From NCBI RefSeq assembly GCF_036321535.1, contig NC_087437.1, positions 105,650,001-105,714,000 of the forward strand: a stretch of 64,000 nt of DNA. Direction: 5' to 3'. The DNA comes from Camelus dromedarius (lineage: Eukaryota). Within the stretch, counting starts at the first letter, position 1. Every line of letters begins with the position of its first letter. The notes beneath the pieces were generated by a model. That model searched no databases. It had not been told where the DNA came from and saw only the letters and a program-made list of their open reading frames with translations. This document shows, piece after piece, positions 13,707 to 27,045 of the stretch. The position numbers and the translations under genes are program-made.

Positions 13707-14980
13707 AAATGGACAAATGAGACCTAATCAAACTTATAAGCTTTTGTACAGCAAAGGAAACCATAAACAAAAGGAAAAGACAGCCTATGGACTGGGAGAA
13801 AGTATTTGCAAATGATGCAACTGACAAGGGCTTAATTTCCAGAATATACAAACAGCTCATAAAACTCAATAACAAAAAAAAGCAAACAACCCAATCAAAA
13901 AATGGGCAGAAGACCTAAATAAACATTTCTCCAAAGAAGGCATAAAGATGGTCAACAGGCACATGAGAAGATACTCAACTTCGCTAATTACTAGAGAAAA
14001 GCAAATCAAAACTATAATGAAGTATCACCTTACACTGGTCAGAATGGACATCATTAAAACATCTACAAATAACAAATGCCAGAGAAGATGAGGATAAAAG
14101 GGAACCCATCTACATTGTTGGTGGGAATGTAAATTGATGCAGCTACTGTGGAAAACAGCATCGAGATTCCTAAAAATGTTGAAAATACATGACTTAACTT
14201 ATGATCCAGCAATCCAACTCTTGGAGAAAAATATAATTCAAAAAGACACACGTACCTCAATGTTCATAGCAGCACTATTTACAATAGCTAAGACATGGAA
14301 GCAACCTAAATGTCCATTGACAGATAACTGTATAAAGAAGTTGTGATATATGTATATAGTGGACTATTACCCAGCCATAAAAAAGAAGGGAACAATGCCA
14401 TTTGCAGTGACATGGATGGAATTAGATTATCCTAAGTGAAGTAAGTCAGATGGAGAAAAATAAATACCATATAATATCACTTATATGGAAAGTCTAAAAA
14501 AATAAGACCAATGAACTTATTTACAAAACAGAAACACTCACAGACAAAAAAACATATTTATGGTTACCAAAGGGGAAAGGGGATGGAGGAGGCATAAACT
14601 GGGAATTTGGGATTAGCATATAAAAGCTACTATATATAACATAAACAACTGGGTCCTGCTTCATAGCACAGGGAACTATATTCAATATACTTTAATAAAC
14701 CATAATGAAAACATATGAAAAATAATGTAATGTATACCACTGAATCACTTTGCTGTACACCAGAAATTAACACAATATTGTAAATCAACTGTACTTCAAT
14801 AAAAATAAATATATATAAAATAAATAAGCTACAAGGATATATTACACAGCACAAGGAATATAGCCAATATTTTATAATAACTTTAAGTAAAGTATAATCT
14901 GTAAAAATCTCTATCACTATGTTGTACACCTGAAACTAATATAAATATTATAAATCAACTATTCTTCAATATAAATAAAT
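13707..14980 (+). mobile_element. 5'-truncated L1 (cetartiodactyl type) with two tandem 3' ends
   Basis: ORF2 C-terminal peptide 'YDPAI...MFIAALFTIAKTWKQPKCP'. The terminal motif 'aaatcaact...cttcaata' occurs near 14790 and again near 14960. Confidence 0.92.
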
Positions 14981-15149
14981 GGATTTTCCCAATATCACAT
15001 AATAAACATTAAAAATTTATTAGTTTCTATGAGTATTGTGATCATGTCTACTTTTGCCCATTGGATGAGGGAAAAAATTTATCTTGAGTGCTAAATAATC
15101 ATAGCTTGAGCCTAGCAACTTTAGAAGTTCTGAGCCATTCACAACATTA

Positions 15150-15750
15150 CATTAATAGTCTTTAACAAATAATTTTTTAGGAGCTTCTGTGGGCTAGGTA
15201 CGGGCCATATAACTATGACACATAGCCCCAGTTCCTTGGAGTTTCTGTTTATGATTTGTTATATTTTATGTGAAAGAAATAAATAAGGAGCTGAGGTAGA
15301 GAATAATATGTCTGTGCCTTTTTTAAGAAGATAATTGGAGAAGTTCTCTCTGTGGAGGTAACATTGATTGGGAGATTTAGACACTGGGAAGGGTATAGTC
15401 ATAGAAATCACGGGACAGCAGAGCAGACCAGAAACATGGGGCAGCCCTTTGCTATGTGAGGAAATTAACAGAAATTTAGTTTAGATGGGAAGTAGATAGC
15501 ATAAGCTGGTACTGGAGATATAGATATGAGTTCATATTTTATTTCAAGTAGAATAAGGAAACATCGACAGTACTATGAGCACGAAAGATAAGTGATGCAA
15601 TTTATACACATTAAAAAATCAATCGTATTGCTGTGTTGATATTAGAAAGGTACAGAAGTGGGGAAACACTTTACAAGGCTGTTGTGGGGATGGGAAGAGA
15701 TGAAGGTGGGTTTGACTAGGGTAGCAGAGAAGTTATGAGAAGTCATCAGT
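15150..15750. mobile_element. L2 relic
   Basis: Purine-rich decayed motifs ('aacaaataattttttaggagc...ctgtgggctagg', 'tctgtggaggtaacatt', 'gatgaaggtgggtttgactagg') resembling the L2 3' region. Confidence 0.5.
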
Positions 15751-18700
15751 AATAACAATTGTGACAGTGATAGTAATGATAACACTATTTATAGTGGTTG
15801 AAGATGTTTGAAGGATTGTTTGTAATGTTACATATGGAATCTAGGTTACACAAAGAAAGTGATGTCGGAGGATACCTGAATCATTATGAAATTATTGAGG
15901 AAAATGGCCTGAGAGTACTAATGAAATTGAATGATTGAGGCAGTAAGTTTCTTGAGCAAAGGAGATGGAGGCTAAGATGTGGTTGGGAAGCAAACTTTCC
16001 ATAATAAAATTACGACAATGGCCCAAAGTCTGGAGATGACAAGTGTACAGAGTGGTCGTGGCAGCAGATAGCTGAGGTGGAGGAGGAGAAGAGGCCACTG
16101 GAGATGAGATAACCTGGGTGTTAGACAGCTGATCCCTGTGGAGGTTCAGTTCGCAATGATTAACGACAGATGCCAGGAGAAAGGAAGACAAAATCTTCAG
16201 TGAATTCGGTGAAGTTACCATGAAGTTAAAACGCATAGGATTATTGGCCTTTTAAGTCAAATCGTTCAGCTTTTAAAGCAATCTAGAAATTGACGTTGTG
16301 GTAAAACTACAGTTGCTCATTGTAGAACTGTAAAACAAAGCAATCACCTCATCTGTAACGTAGAGACAATTTTATTTGATTTGAGATTATGTAAATTGAA
16401 GCATAATTACTTCAACCTTAACATGATAAAGCTCTTCGAAAGCCTTTAAAAAAGGCTAAAGATATACAAACTATCACCATTATAAAAGTGAACTCGATCC
16501 CCAAATCTCTATCTGGAATGCATTTTATTCTGGTTTTGTTTTTATGAGCAATTGTACCACAATACACAATTCCATTTAAATACATATATAACATTTAATG
16601 CAATTCAGAATTGTTCACCATACTTTGTTGATCTAAGTAAAAACCAAAAATCATTGTTATCCTTAACAAAGTGATGGGAAAGATTGTACAAAGGAAAATA
16701 TTGTTTCAGTGTGGATTCCTTATCAAGCCAAGTAATTAAAACATACAAGTAAATCCCTGAATATTTTTCATGGGACATAAATACCTATATCGAAGACGTG
16801 CAGCTTTGGAAAAGGCTATCATATATCAAGAGTTGGATCGAAAGAGGAGATGACATCTGGTGTCTCCAGTTGATATATAAGTAACCTGTGATTGAATTTA
16901 TCACAGAACAATCCATAAGAATAGGACTTCTAGAAAGTTTGAATTATGGGTGACTATAAAATATTATCATCAACTGTGAATCAGAGAGCTTTCTGCTCTA
17001 AGAAATTCCTGGTTCAAAATTTCTCTAATTTTTGTGTATTCTGTTTTTCTTCCTTCTCAGTTTCTATCAATCCAGCACAAGCCATCATCTGCTTATAAAA
17101 AGCAGGATGAAGAAATCTTGAGTGCAAACTCTTAAGATGAATGAGTAAATGAAGTTCCCTATAACTTAAGGTATTGTTCATTTTCTTTGAGTTCCTTTTG
17201 AAATATTGGCTAATATTAGAAAATATTGTAAAACAAAATATGTAATTAAAAAATACGGTTTCATTGCTTCCTATCCATTCTTGGAGTCTTAGGCTGAAAG
17301 ACAGGATTATTTATTATTATTTTTTTTATTTTTTAAATAAAGCACTGCTAGAAAACACAGATTCAGGAAAGTGATTTTGAAAATCCAGTTTTATTTTCAT
17401 AGATTTATATTCCCACTAGAGAAGTTTAATCATTTCGTGACATGGCAAAATTACTTAGGTTTGAATTATTTTGCACCTTCCACATAAAGGTGGATGGATT
17501 TCGATGTAGCAAAAGATAATATCACCCACTTTTTATTCTTTAGATTACAACGATGAAATTTAACTCAGAAATTTATCAAAGAAAAGGAAATACACCGTGA
17601 AAATGTGTAGTAAAAATAGGAAGACTTGGTTGAAACTTTGATTAAAATAGGGTTGACATCATATAACTCTGGCAATAGTGCTATGTTTGAAGCTATTTTT
17701 CTGATAACATTGTTGCTTTAATTCATAATCATAAGTAGGAGGAAGAGCTGTCTACACGTGGATCTGTCCATCTTAATGCTTTATGATTGCTACAAGTACA
17801 TAAGTAAGTTAAGAGCTGCTAGTCTTCTTTTGTGTTTAGTGGATAGAACATAAAATAAAATAATGTGGAATTGATTTGCCAGAGTCTAGAAGAGAAGAAT
17901 GCCATATCAGATAGCTCCAGTACTGATTCAGAAAAAATTAAATTTTGATTTTGCCTTTCCTACATATAAGGTGCATAATTTTAAGAAATTCTGTTAATTC
18001 CTTTAAGCCTCAGACTCTTTAGACTCATTATTATTATTATTATCAAATTATAGATATATAAGAATGAAATATATCTCATATATAAATATGTCTTGGTTTG
18101 TATATGGTAAACCAAGAAATTTTATATATATAGCATATATATGTGTATTTGCATGCATATTGTAAATACCTTCATATGACTAAACAGATATTCAAAATGG
18201 GTCTTGTTCGTGGTATTTACAATGCCAAATAATATAATTCTACTAAATAGCTTACTCCATTAAAAGGAAACATGCAAAACTCAAATTTAGAGAGATATTT
18301 CTTACATATCATAACAAGTATATGCCAGAAATTATCATCCACATTAGATTCTATCTTACAGTTTTCAAAAAATCAGTTAAAATTAGGTTGGCAAAGGAAA
18401 TTTAATTTACCAGGTAAATACATTGTGAAATGATTCTTTTACTTTTTTGCATCTGCTTTGCTGCATCTTTTTTGTATTACACATTTATATGTCCCTGGGT
18501 CACTACAAAATATAGAAGTGCCTGCTAAACCACGTTAAATTACTCTCAGTAAGGTTTTAAAATATGCTGTAATATTGCCTTAATCAGACTCTTTCAATAA
18601 CCGTAGCAGCTCACTGTACAGCTGTTAGAGGAAAGGAATTTCAGTCAATTACCTCAAAGTTTAGTTGATTTCAGATCTGTGCACATCTAGGTCGCTGATA

Positions 18701-20859
18701 ATTTTCTAGAAATGGTTTCTGTTAAATCTGCAAGTTCACAGACTCCCCATGCCTGTAAATTACTTAAGTCTGAGTTCTCCAAATCTAATTTAAATAAGTA
18801 GCTGCTTTCCTTAATGAGTAATTTTATAAGGAAGTTATATTAATGCAGATCTGTATAAGAATTGTTCAATATCACCGTGAAGTTTTAAATTTCTTTCTGA
18901 GGGAATAGATGCATCAGACCTTAAACAGCAAACCAAATAAACAAATCCTTCTAATACTGCCTTTCACATAATAAAATTAGACACACACGTGATATTCATT
19001 ATTACCTAGGAGATAAATTATTTTACTCTGCCTAGTAATATGCTTTTAGAATAATTTCTAAATGGCAATCAGTTCCACATTCTATATTTTTCTTCTGTTG
19101 CACATTAGCAGTTTCCACCTCTGGTGAGACTAATACTCAGCGAAGTATAAATTAAAACAAGAACAGGCCTCCAAAAATTGAGATTATCAAGTGTTCCTGA
19201 AGATGTATTGATGTAGGAACTTGCATACTTTCCCCTTAATATTTTTCTGAGCTTATTTTCATGGGGAGAATTCTCAAGTTTCTAAGCACTGGAATTCCAG
19301 CATTTGCTATCAGAATTAAAACAGGCCTAAGAAGTTTAAGCTTACAATATTGGAAAAGAAAAGCACAGAGAAAATTATTTCAAGAAACAATATAGAACAA
19401 AGCCCTTTTTATTGCACCACATGCAGATTCTCATAAATTTATTAATAATTTATTAACAGATAAAATATGTATCTCTTGTTCTCCAGATTTCATGTTCTGT
19501 CTAAATTCATACGGGGCACTGCTTGCTTAGTATCCAGGTGAGAATATTTGTCACACACCCTTTTATGGCTACAGAATATGCAACATTTTCTAAGCATTCA
19601 CTAAAGACAAATGCTATCATTCCCAGAGTCATTAAAGTACTTTTTTTACCTTAATTATTTTAAATAAAGGCAGCAGGCCATGAAAATATGGCTCAGCCTC
19701 AGTCTGGTATAATTTGGAGATGTTCTGGAGGGTATTGGACTTGAAAACTATGAATAAGATCCTATTTGACATGCATGCACATGATAAATTATTGCTAATT
19801 AGTTAACATATTTCTTTTACTGGTTAAAATAAAATCCATTTGTGCAATTGTGTAAAATAGTTGTTCCAAAGTCACCAGCCCAGTGACCTTAGCATTAACT
19901 TGCCCTATTGTTACTGATTTATCCTAAAATGTTAACTAGGAACTTGGTGTCTCCAACAGAGCCAAAAATCCCATATGGTGGGACCACTGTGGTTCTTTGT
20001 ATCGTGAATGTGTGGATCTTTCTGTCTCCAAGGAAGGCCGGGAGATAATTCATGCCTAGGATGCCATAATCCACAATCTAAGGCTTGGATAAATTGCCTG
20101 GAAACCATGGATAAAACCAGGCTCTACAAATGATAAACAAAAGTTTTTGAAATATTATAATTTACATACGATGTGCAATATCATTATGCCCTGCAAGAGT
20201 TGAATTTTTAGCACAGCTTCAGTTTCATTAATAAATCTGGATTTCCAGAAACACAGTAAAATCTTGACATAGTAAAATATTCCATAGACAAGACTGCTAA
20301 AAGGAAGGCAGTTTTAACTGACTAGTGCAAAGTAGAAAATTACTTTTTGCAAACTAAAGCTGGATTTCCCCCTCAGTACCATGGATAATAAGAGCAAATT
20401 TAACATTTAGAGACATTTCATTTTTATTTATGTGTTAATAACAGAAATAATGAATTAACATTATATCTTCATTCTTTTTTAGGCAATAGTACAGTAATAG
20501 TAACTAGGCAATGTCTATGAATTTCAGTGAGGCATTTGTACTTATTATGAATTCTGAACCAGTAGTCCAGAACAAATTTCAGCTCAAACAGTGCAGCAAC
20601 CAGTATGCCCAAGACACTCTCTTCTTGGCATGACTGTTGACAGTGATAATTAGGTGGTTTTCTTCACTGGAGGAGAGAGGCTTAACCATCTTGCTCAGTC
20701 CCTACCTTGTTTCAAGTAGGGAGACTTTCACAGTGAGATAGTCAGTTTTGTGCTCTGACTAGTGAATGAGGTAAATAAAATCGATACTTAATATGTGGGT
20801 CGTAGGAGGGAAGTGAGAAAGAAAAGAAATTACAGCTTCCTAGTGGCAAACAGGCAGGG

Positions 20860-21330
20860 ATGATGTTGAAGACTGCTAACAACACTGTACAGAAGAGAAC
20901 TCATTTAGAATATGATTGGAGAACGGGGAATGACTGCAACGTAGAGTTTAATTTTACTGATCAGCAGGAAGAGATTAAATTTGAGGATATACCAGCTGCT
21001 ACCACAATCTTTTTATCAGATCACCACCATAGTGAAATTCAAGTGAGATATGGGTTGCTGGTCCTGTTTCTAAGGAGAAAAAGAAATTAATTCTACAAAG
21101 TGAGTTAATGGGTGCAGCCAACATTTTCTGATATTTGGGGAGATAAATCCAAGATGGTAGATCTTGGCACTGGACAACCTATTATTAGACAGCAAACCAT
21201 AGGCTTTTCCAATGAAGTTCTGGTAATGTTTTTAGCTGAAGGTCTTTGTTGAAAACCCAACTACCAGACGTTCACCTTGACATTGTTGGTCCAAGCCAAC
21301 CTGTGAATGGAATTCTGTTGACTCACTCTG
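20860..21330 (+). mobile_element. Possible ancient CR1/L3 endonuclease-domain remnant
   Basis: Faint ordered resemblance to CR1 ORF2 motifs: 'TDQQEEI' (like PDQEEE), a frameshifted MG-N-DIW near 21108-21140 (like MGDFNYPDICW) and 'SNEVL' (like SNKFL). Weak, judged by eye only. Confidence 0.25.
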
Positions 21331-23749
21331 ATACTTTGGAAAAAACAGTGGCTGTGCTTAGCAGATCATTTCATGTCACTACACACAGAGAAAGTGACAA
21401 TGTTTATATGGCACAGAGATGGCCGGACAAGGCCTCCAGGCCTGAAGTGAGTGGTTAGGTTCTCTAAGAAGCCTTGGGCTCTGACTGGCCACTCCAAGAT
21501 GGGTCCTTTACAAGTGTCTCCACATAATTCGGGGAAATCTGATCTACAAGAGTATTTCAGCCCATCCAGTAGCACTTTATATGCATTAAGGAGAATCCAA
21601 AGCTCTTATTTTTCTGCAGCTGCCATCTTATAAGGGCTATAGGTGGAACATCTGGCCACTGATGAAGGTTCTGCGTGAAATTTAACACATCTTTTTGGAA
21701 TTTCTCATTCACATTTCAGATGCTTCAAACAACAATGGTACTAATTAATCCATGAGAGTTTATAACCTTCTTTACCACAAGACCTGTAACGTATGTGTCC
21801 ATATAACTATTAAGAAGTATTCAAAATATTTTAGAAGAATCTTGCCAATGGTCACTGTCAGTTTTTGCTCACAGCTATGCTTTACGCATTCTGAATATCA
21901 TAAATGCTCCCAATAATTTTCAAGTGAATAATGAGCCCTGAATATATTTACAGTTAGTCTCCAAAGGAGGGAAGGGGAAGGAAGTGAGCCACTTTATTTG
22001 TCCTGAGAGTCCATCCCCTCAACACGCAGCTTGTGTAATTGACAATAAAACCATTCCCACGCTACCAGTGAGTCATGCTGTGGAGAATTTGGACACATCA
22101 ATCTCGTTCAGTTTTTTCCTCACATCACCTCTTTGTAGCGTATGCTGGGTGTCAAGGGTGACACTCTGGACATGAGGGGTGAATATTTTGGTATTTTGAG
22201 CACCTAGCTGGGGTGCGCCAAAGCTGATCTGTGTGGAAAACAAAAAGATGCTGACTGTCTTCACTTCAAAGTTTCTTTGTCTTTCTTTCCCCTTCTTTTT
22301 ATTTGTTTTTAATTAAATTAGAGAAGGGCAGTATCTGACAGAGCTACCGAGGGAGATCGCTCTGCTCGTGAAGCAGAGTGTGAGAACCATCTAGGAATGA
22401 GGAATCACCACAGCGTTAGCTGTGTTATTAGGCAGAAAATAATATTTTTTAACAGACCTGAGTAGAAGGTAACATAAGCACCATTAAAAATTTAGCTTCT
22501 CCAGAAGTGAAAAACCCTCATTACCCGCACAATTTTCTCAGCCAAGAAGTACCCAAGGGCATTGTGAAAGGGATGATAACCAGTGCTGTTTAATACATGA
22601 GAGTACATCCTCCAGGCGGGCTGCCACCTGGGCGGAGTGCGGGGCAACGAGGACATTGCAAGACCTCTTAGAACACAGACTGCAGACCAAAGACTGAGTT
22701 GGCTTATTCTGTGACCTACCTGACTTTTACCTTTATTCTCAATTATATATGTTTTACTAACTTTCATTGATTTATACCAATGTACAATCCTGTAGAAATA
22801 TATTTAAATAATAGTATTTATTGATCTAAAACATAATGGTAACAAGATATCAAAAGACAAACGTAGCAAAAGTCCATAATGTATCCACTGTGGTTACTAT
22901 TTTCAGTGTAATAAAAAATTGCAAGAAAATACAGATACATAGATAATATTCTTTCTTTCGAATTTTAATTTCCTCAGAAGCCTTTTTATACGTAACTATT
23001 ATCAACACTTTACCTCAGGTATTAACAAATAGCTTATTGTATCTGTCTAAACTCCCAAAGCAATTAGGAATTCAAATATATGTATATTTACATAAGTATA
23101 AATCTCCTATCATATTTATTTAAATATATATATACTTAGATCCATGGTTGATTAATGATTAATAATTAATACATTGTTGCTAATAAAATATAAATTTATT
23201 ATTTTATATAATATATATTCCATTTAATGTGAATAATTCATTTCTGAAAATGGGCATTTGACATGAGAATATAAAAGGGAGACTAACTTCTATTATTTTA
23301 AAAGAAAATAATTACAATTAATTTACAGGTCAACTCACAGCAATTTTTAAAAATATAGCCAAAATACCAAACCACAATTTTATAGAAGTTACAAACTATC
23401 ATACCAAAGTATAAAATGTTTAAAACATTTCTTCCTAATCACCAAAAATTCAGTTGTGACTCCTCAGCTTTGGTGACCCAGCTACATCTGCTCAAAGGCA
23501 GCAGAACACCTTGGTTGACTTTTAGGGAGCTGTCCAAACCACACAAATATGGTTCTGCCAATCTTCTAACTGTATTTGAACAGAGCTTACAGGCTTCACC
23601 CACCAGAGATTTTCATGTCCTTAGACACTATAAAAATGTTCCTATATAATCATTAACTAAAAAACACATTATTAAGATTTAGATGCATCCATGCACTTTG
23701 TAGAACCTGAGGGGGTGCTACCAGATAAATATTTCTTCATGAAAACATA

Positions 23750-25280
23750 ACTATTTGAAACAATCTTACACATCATACAGAGTATGTTCGCTGCCTTAAA
23801 TATCCTATATGTCCTGCCTATTCATCTCTCCTCTCTACCTGCAACACTACTTTTGGCAATCAATGAACTTTTTATTATGTCCATAATTTGTTTTTTCTTT
23901 TCCTAGAATGACATATGGTTGGAATCATATAGATAGCCATTTCAGATGGGTTTCTTTCACTCCATAATATACATTTAAGTTTCCTCCATGTCTTTTCACT
24001 GCTTGTAGTTCATCCTTTTTTAGCAAAGAATAATATTCCATTGTTTGGATGTTCCACAAGTGTGTTCATCCATTCACCTACTGAAGGACATCTTAGTTGG
24101 TTCCAAGTTTTGGCAATTACAAATAAAGTCAAAATGGTGTGCACACGTTTTTGTGAGAAAGTAAGTTTTTAACTCCTTGTGTAAATACCAAGGAATATGA
24201 TTGCTGGATTGTATGACAAGAGTATGTTTAGTTCAATGAGGAAACAGCAAACAATCTTTAAAGTACCGTACCATTCTGCATTCTCACCAGCAATGCGTGA
24301 GTTTCTATTCTTCATATCCTCTCCAGCATTTGGTATTGTCAATATTCCAAATTTGGGCCTTCCTAGCAGATATGCAATAGTATCTCATGGTCGTTTTAAT
24401 TTTCATTTCTCTGAGAACGTATGATTGAAGCATCTTTTCATATGCTTGTTTGCCATCTGTTTATCTTTTCTAGTAAGCTGTCTGTTAAAGTCTTTGGTTC
24501 ATTTTTTTAATCAGGTTGTTTTTAATCAGATTGTTTTTTCTTATTTTTGAGTTTTAAGAGTTTTTTGCTTATTTTGAATAACAGTCCTTTATCAGGCATG
24601 TTTTTGCAAATATTTTCTTCCAGTCTATGATTTGTCTTCTAATTATCTTGACAGTGCCTTTTGCAGAAGTTTTAATTTTAATAAAATCCAACTTATCAAT
24701 TATTTCTTTCATGGATCATGTCTTTGATGTTGTATCTAAAAAAATCATTGTCATCTTCAAGGTCATCTATAATTTCTCCTATGTTATCTTCTAGGGGTTT
24801 TATTGTTTTGCATTTTACATTTATATCTATAGTCCATTTTGAGTTCATTTTTGTGAAGCATGTAATGTCTGTGTCTAAATTCATTTTTGCATGTGTTTGT
24901 CCAGTTGTTCCAACACTGTTTATTAAAGACAATCTTTGTCTTTTTACAAAATATAATTTTACAAAAATTACAAAATGTAAGCAGGGATATTTTATTGTTA
25001 ACATTATTTACTGTAAATAAAATTATGCATTTTTAAATATAAGACCAAAAATCTAAATCTTAGTAAATTAACATATTCATTTGATTACCAAAAATTCTCA
25101 CTATTCTATTGCCTTTGCTCTTTTGTCAAAGATCAGTTAACTATATTTATAGAAGTCTATTTCTGGGCTCTCTATTCAATTCCATTGAGGTGTTTCTATA
25201 AGTATTTGTATATTCTTTTGCCAATACCACACTAGTCTAGAAGTTGAATAGCATCAGTCTTCCAGCTTTGCCCTCTTCAT
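23750..25280 (-). mobile_element. Old L1 (L1MB-like) 3' portion, interrupted at about 24942-25100
   Basis: Minus-strand peptide 'KMNSKWTIDINVKCKTIKPLEDNIGE' and an antisense L1 3' UTR. Confidence 0.88.
24961..25093 (+). repeat. 133-bp direct duplication, copy 1 (inside the L1)
   Basis: Identical base for base to 26913-27045. Confidence 0.97.
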
Positions 25281-25439
25281 TTACTCTATTTCTTTTCATG
25301 TTTATGTTTGCACAAGGTCTATTCTTAGAGGAGGCGCTAATTGCTAAGACTTAGACAATGATTTCTGAAAAGGTTTACTTTTGAAAACCTATCTCTCTTA
25401 AGAAGAGATGCTTCTGAAAACAGAGGAGTAGCTGGGAAT

Positions 25440-25864
25440 TGTGATTATTATGTGTCCACTTGGCTAGGGCTGTACCACCCAATTATTCAATCAAACACTA
25501 TTGTAATTATTGCTAATCTAAGTGCTGCTGTGAAGGTATTTTGTAGATATGATTAGTGTCTACAGTCAGTTGACTTCCAGTACAGGAGATTACCTTCCAT
25601 ACTTTGAGTGGGTTTTATATAATCAAACAAAAAGACTTAAAAGCAAACTGACTTTTCCCTGAGGAAGAAGGCATCCATTTGTGGATGGCAGCTTTAGCTC
25701 CTGTCTGAGCGTTTACAGCCTGCCAAGCTGCACCATGGATTTCAGACTTCCCTAGCCACATTCCACAATTGTGTAAACAAAGATGAGTTCTCAAAATAAA
25801 CTTCTTTACACACACACACACACACACACACACGTGTCCTATGATTCTGTGTCTGATGAATACA
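25440..25864 (+). mobile_element. MLT2-like ERVL LTR with internal (CA)n
   Basis: 'tatgtgtccacttggctaggg...gctgtgaaggtattttgtagatatgatta...ccctgaggaagaagg', AATAAA, a CA tract at 25808-25833, and the end 'aataca'. Confidence 0.82.
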
Positions 25865-26912
25865 GGAAACGTATTAGCTATTTATTTCAGTCTTGTCCTG
25901 TCGTTGTGACCTTAACTTAACAACATACTAGATTTCTCCCTTGCTTTAAGCTGTGGAGAGGCAAATGGAGCTCCTGGTGTGTGGTGTATGTGCATCTGAA
26001 GTATTTCTATTTAGAAAACAAAATCATGATCATTTTTAAACAAAAGATAACTGAAGTTGAGATAAGAAGCTCAAATAATCACTTGCTAAATATGAGATGA
26101 TTTACTTGGAGATAATCTCTAGAGTAATATAATTTTAAAGATATTTATTTTTCTTCTCTAACTATATTAAATCAGCACTGGAACACTCTTTGCACTCTGG
26201 AGGTGTTTTCATCTCTATCAGTCTTCCCAATATGCCCTCAGTCATAGTTGCTGTTATATTTGGCATTTCTATCCTTCAATGTCACTTCTCATTAATGCAC
26301 TGGCTCTGTTACTGTCATTTGATGACTTCTCTATTGCCATTTCACTTTATTAACTAATTATTTTCTAATTACTATTTTATGCCATTCTTTGATTCATTTG
26401 TTTTTAATATGTCACTTAATTGACTACTTTGTTTAAATGATATGAGAAAAAAATGAAGCTAAATATATCACTTATCTTGTAAATTTTGATTTAGATGAGT
26501 CTAATTTGCTTTTCACCACTTTCTAGGTAGAAAAGCTAGGGAAATAATTTCTACATTCTAACTCCGATTTCTGTCACTGAAGTTATCTTACGCCATGATC
26601 TTTCAAAAGGCTCCTTCTTCAGAAAATATGTATACTGGAATTTGTTTAATGTGAAGTTTTATATTGTTTCTTTTTATTTTTTACTTGTAATGTTTCACAT
26701 GATACATCTAATTTTTAAATTATAACTCAGATCTTATCTCTCATAGTTAAGTCAAGGATAAAAAAAGAAGCACAGGAACTGGTAATAAAATATCAAAGTT
26801 ATGTCAGTGATATATCTGCATTTTTAAAGTTAAAAAATATTTTACTGTAGAAAATTAGAAAATATTAAAGAAAATTTAATTTCTATAACATTTAATATTA
26901 TTTTCACAAAAG

Positions 26913-27045
26913 ACAAAAATTACAAAATGTAAGCAGGGATATTTTATTGTTAACATTATTTACTGTAAATAAAATTATGCATTTTTAAATATAAGACCAA
27001 AAATCTAAATCTTAGTAAATTAACATATTCATTTGATTACCAAAA
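26913..27045 (+). repeat. 133-bp direct duplication, copy 2 (probable donor)
   Basis: Identical to 24961-25093 and embedded in otherwise unique AT-rich sequence. Confidence 0.97.
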
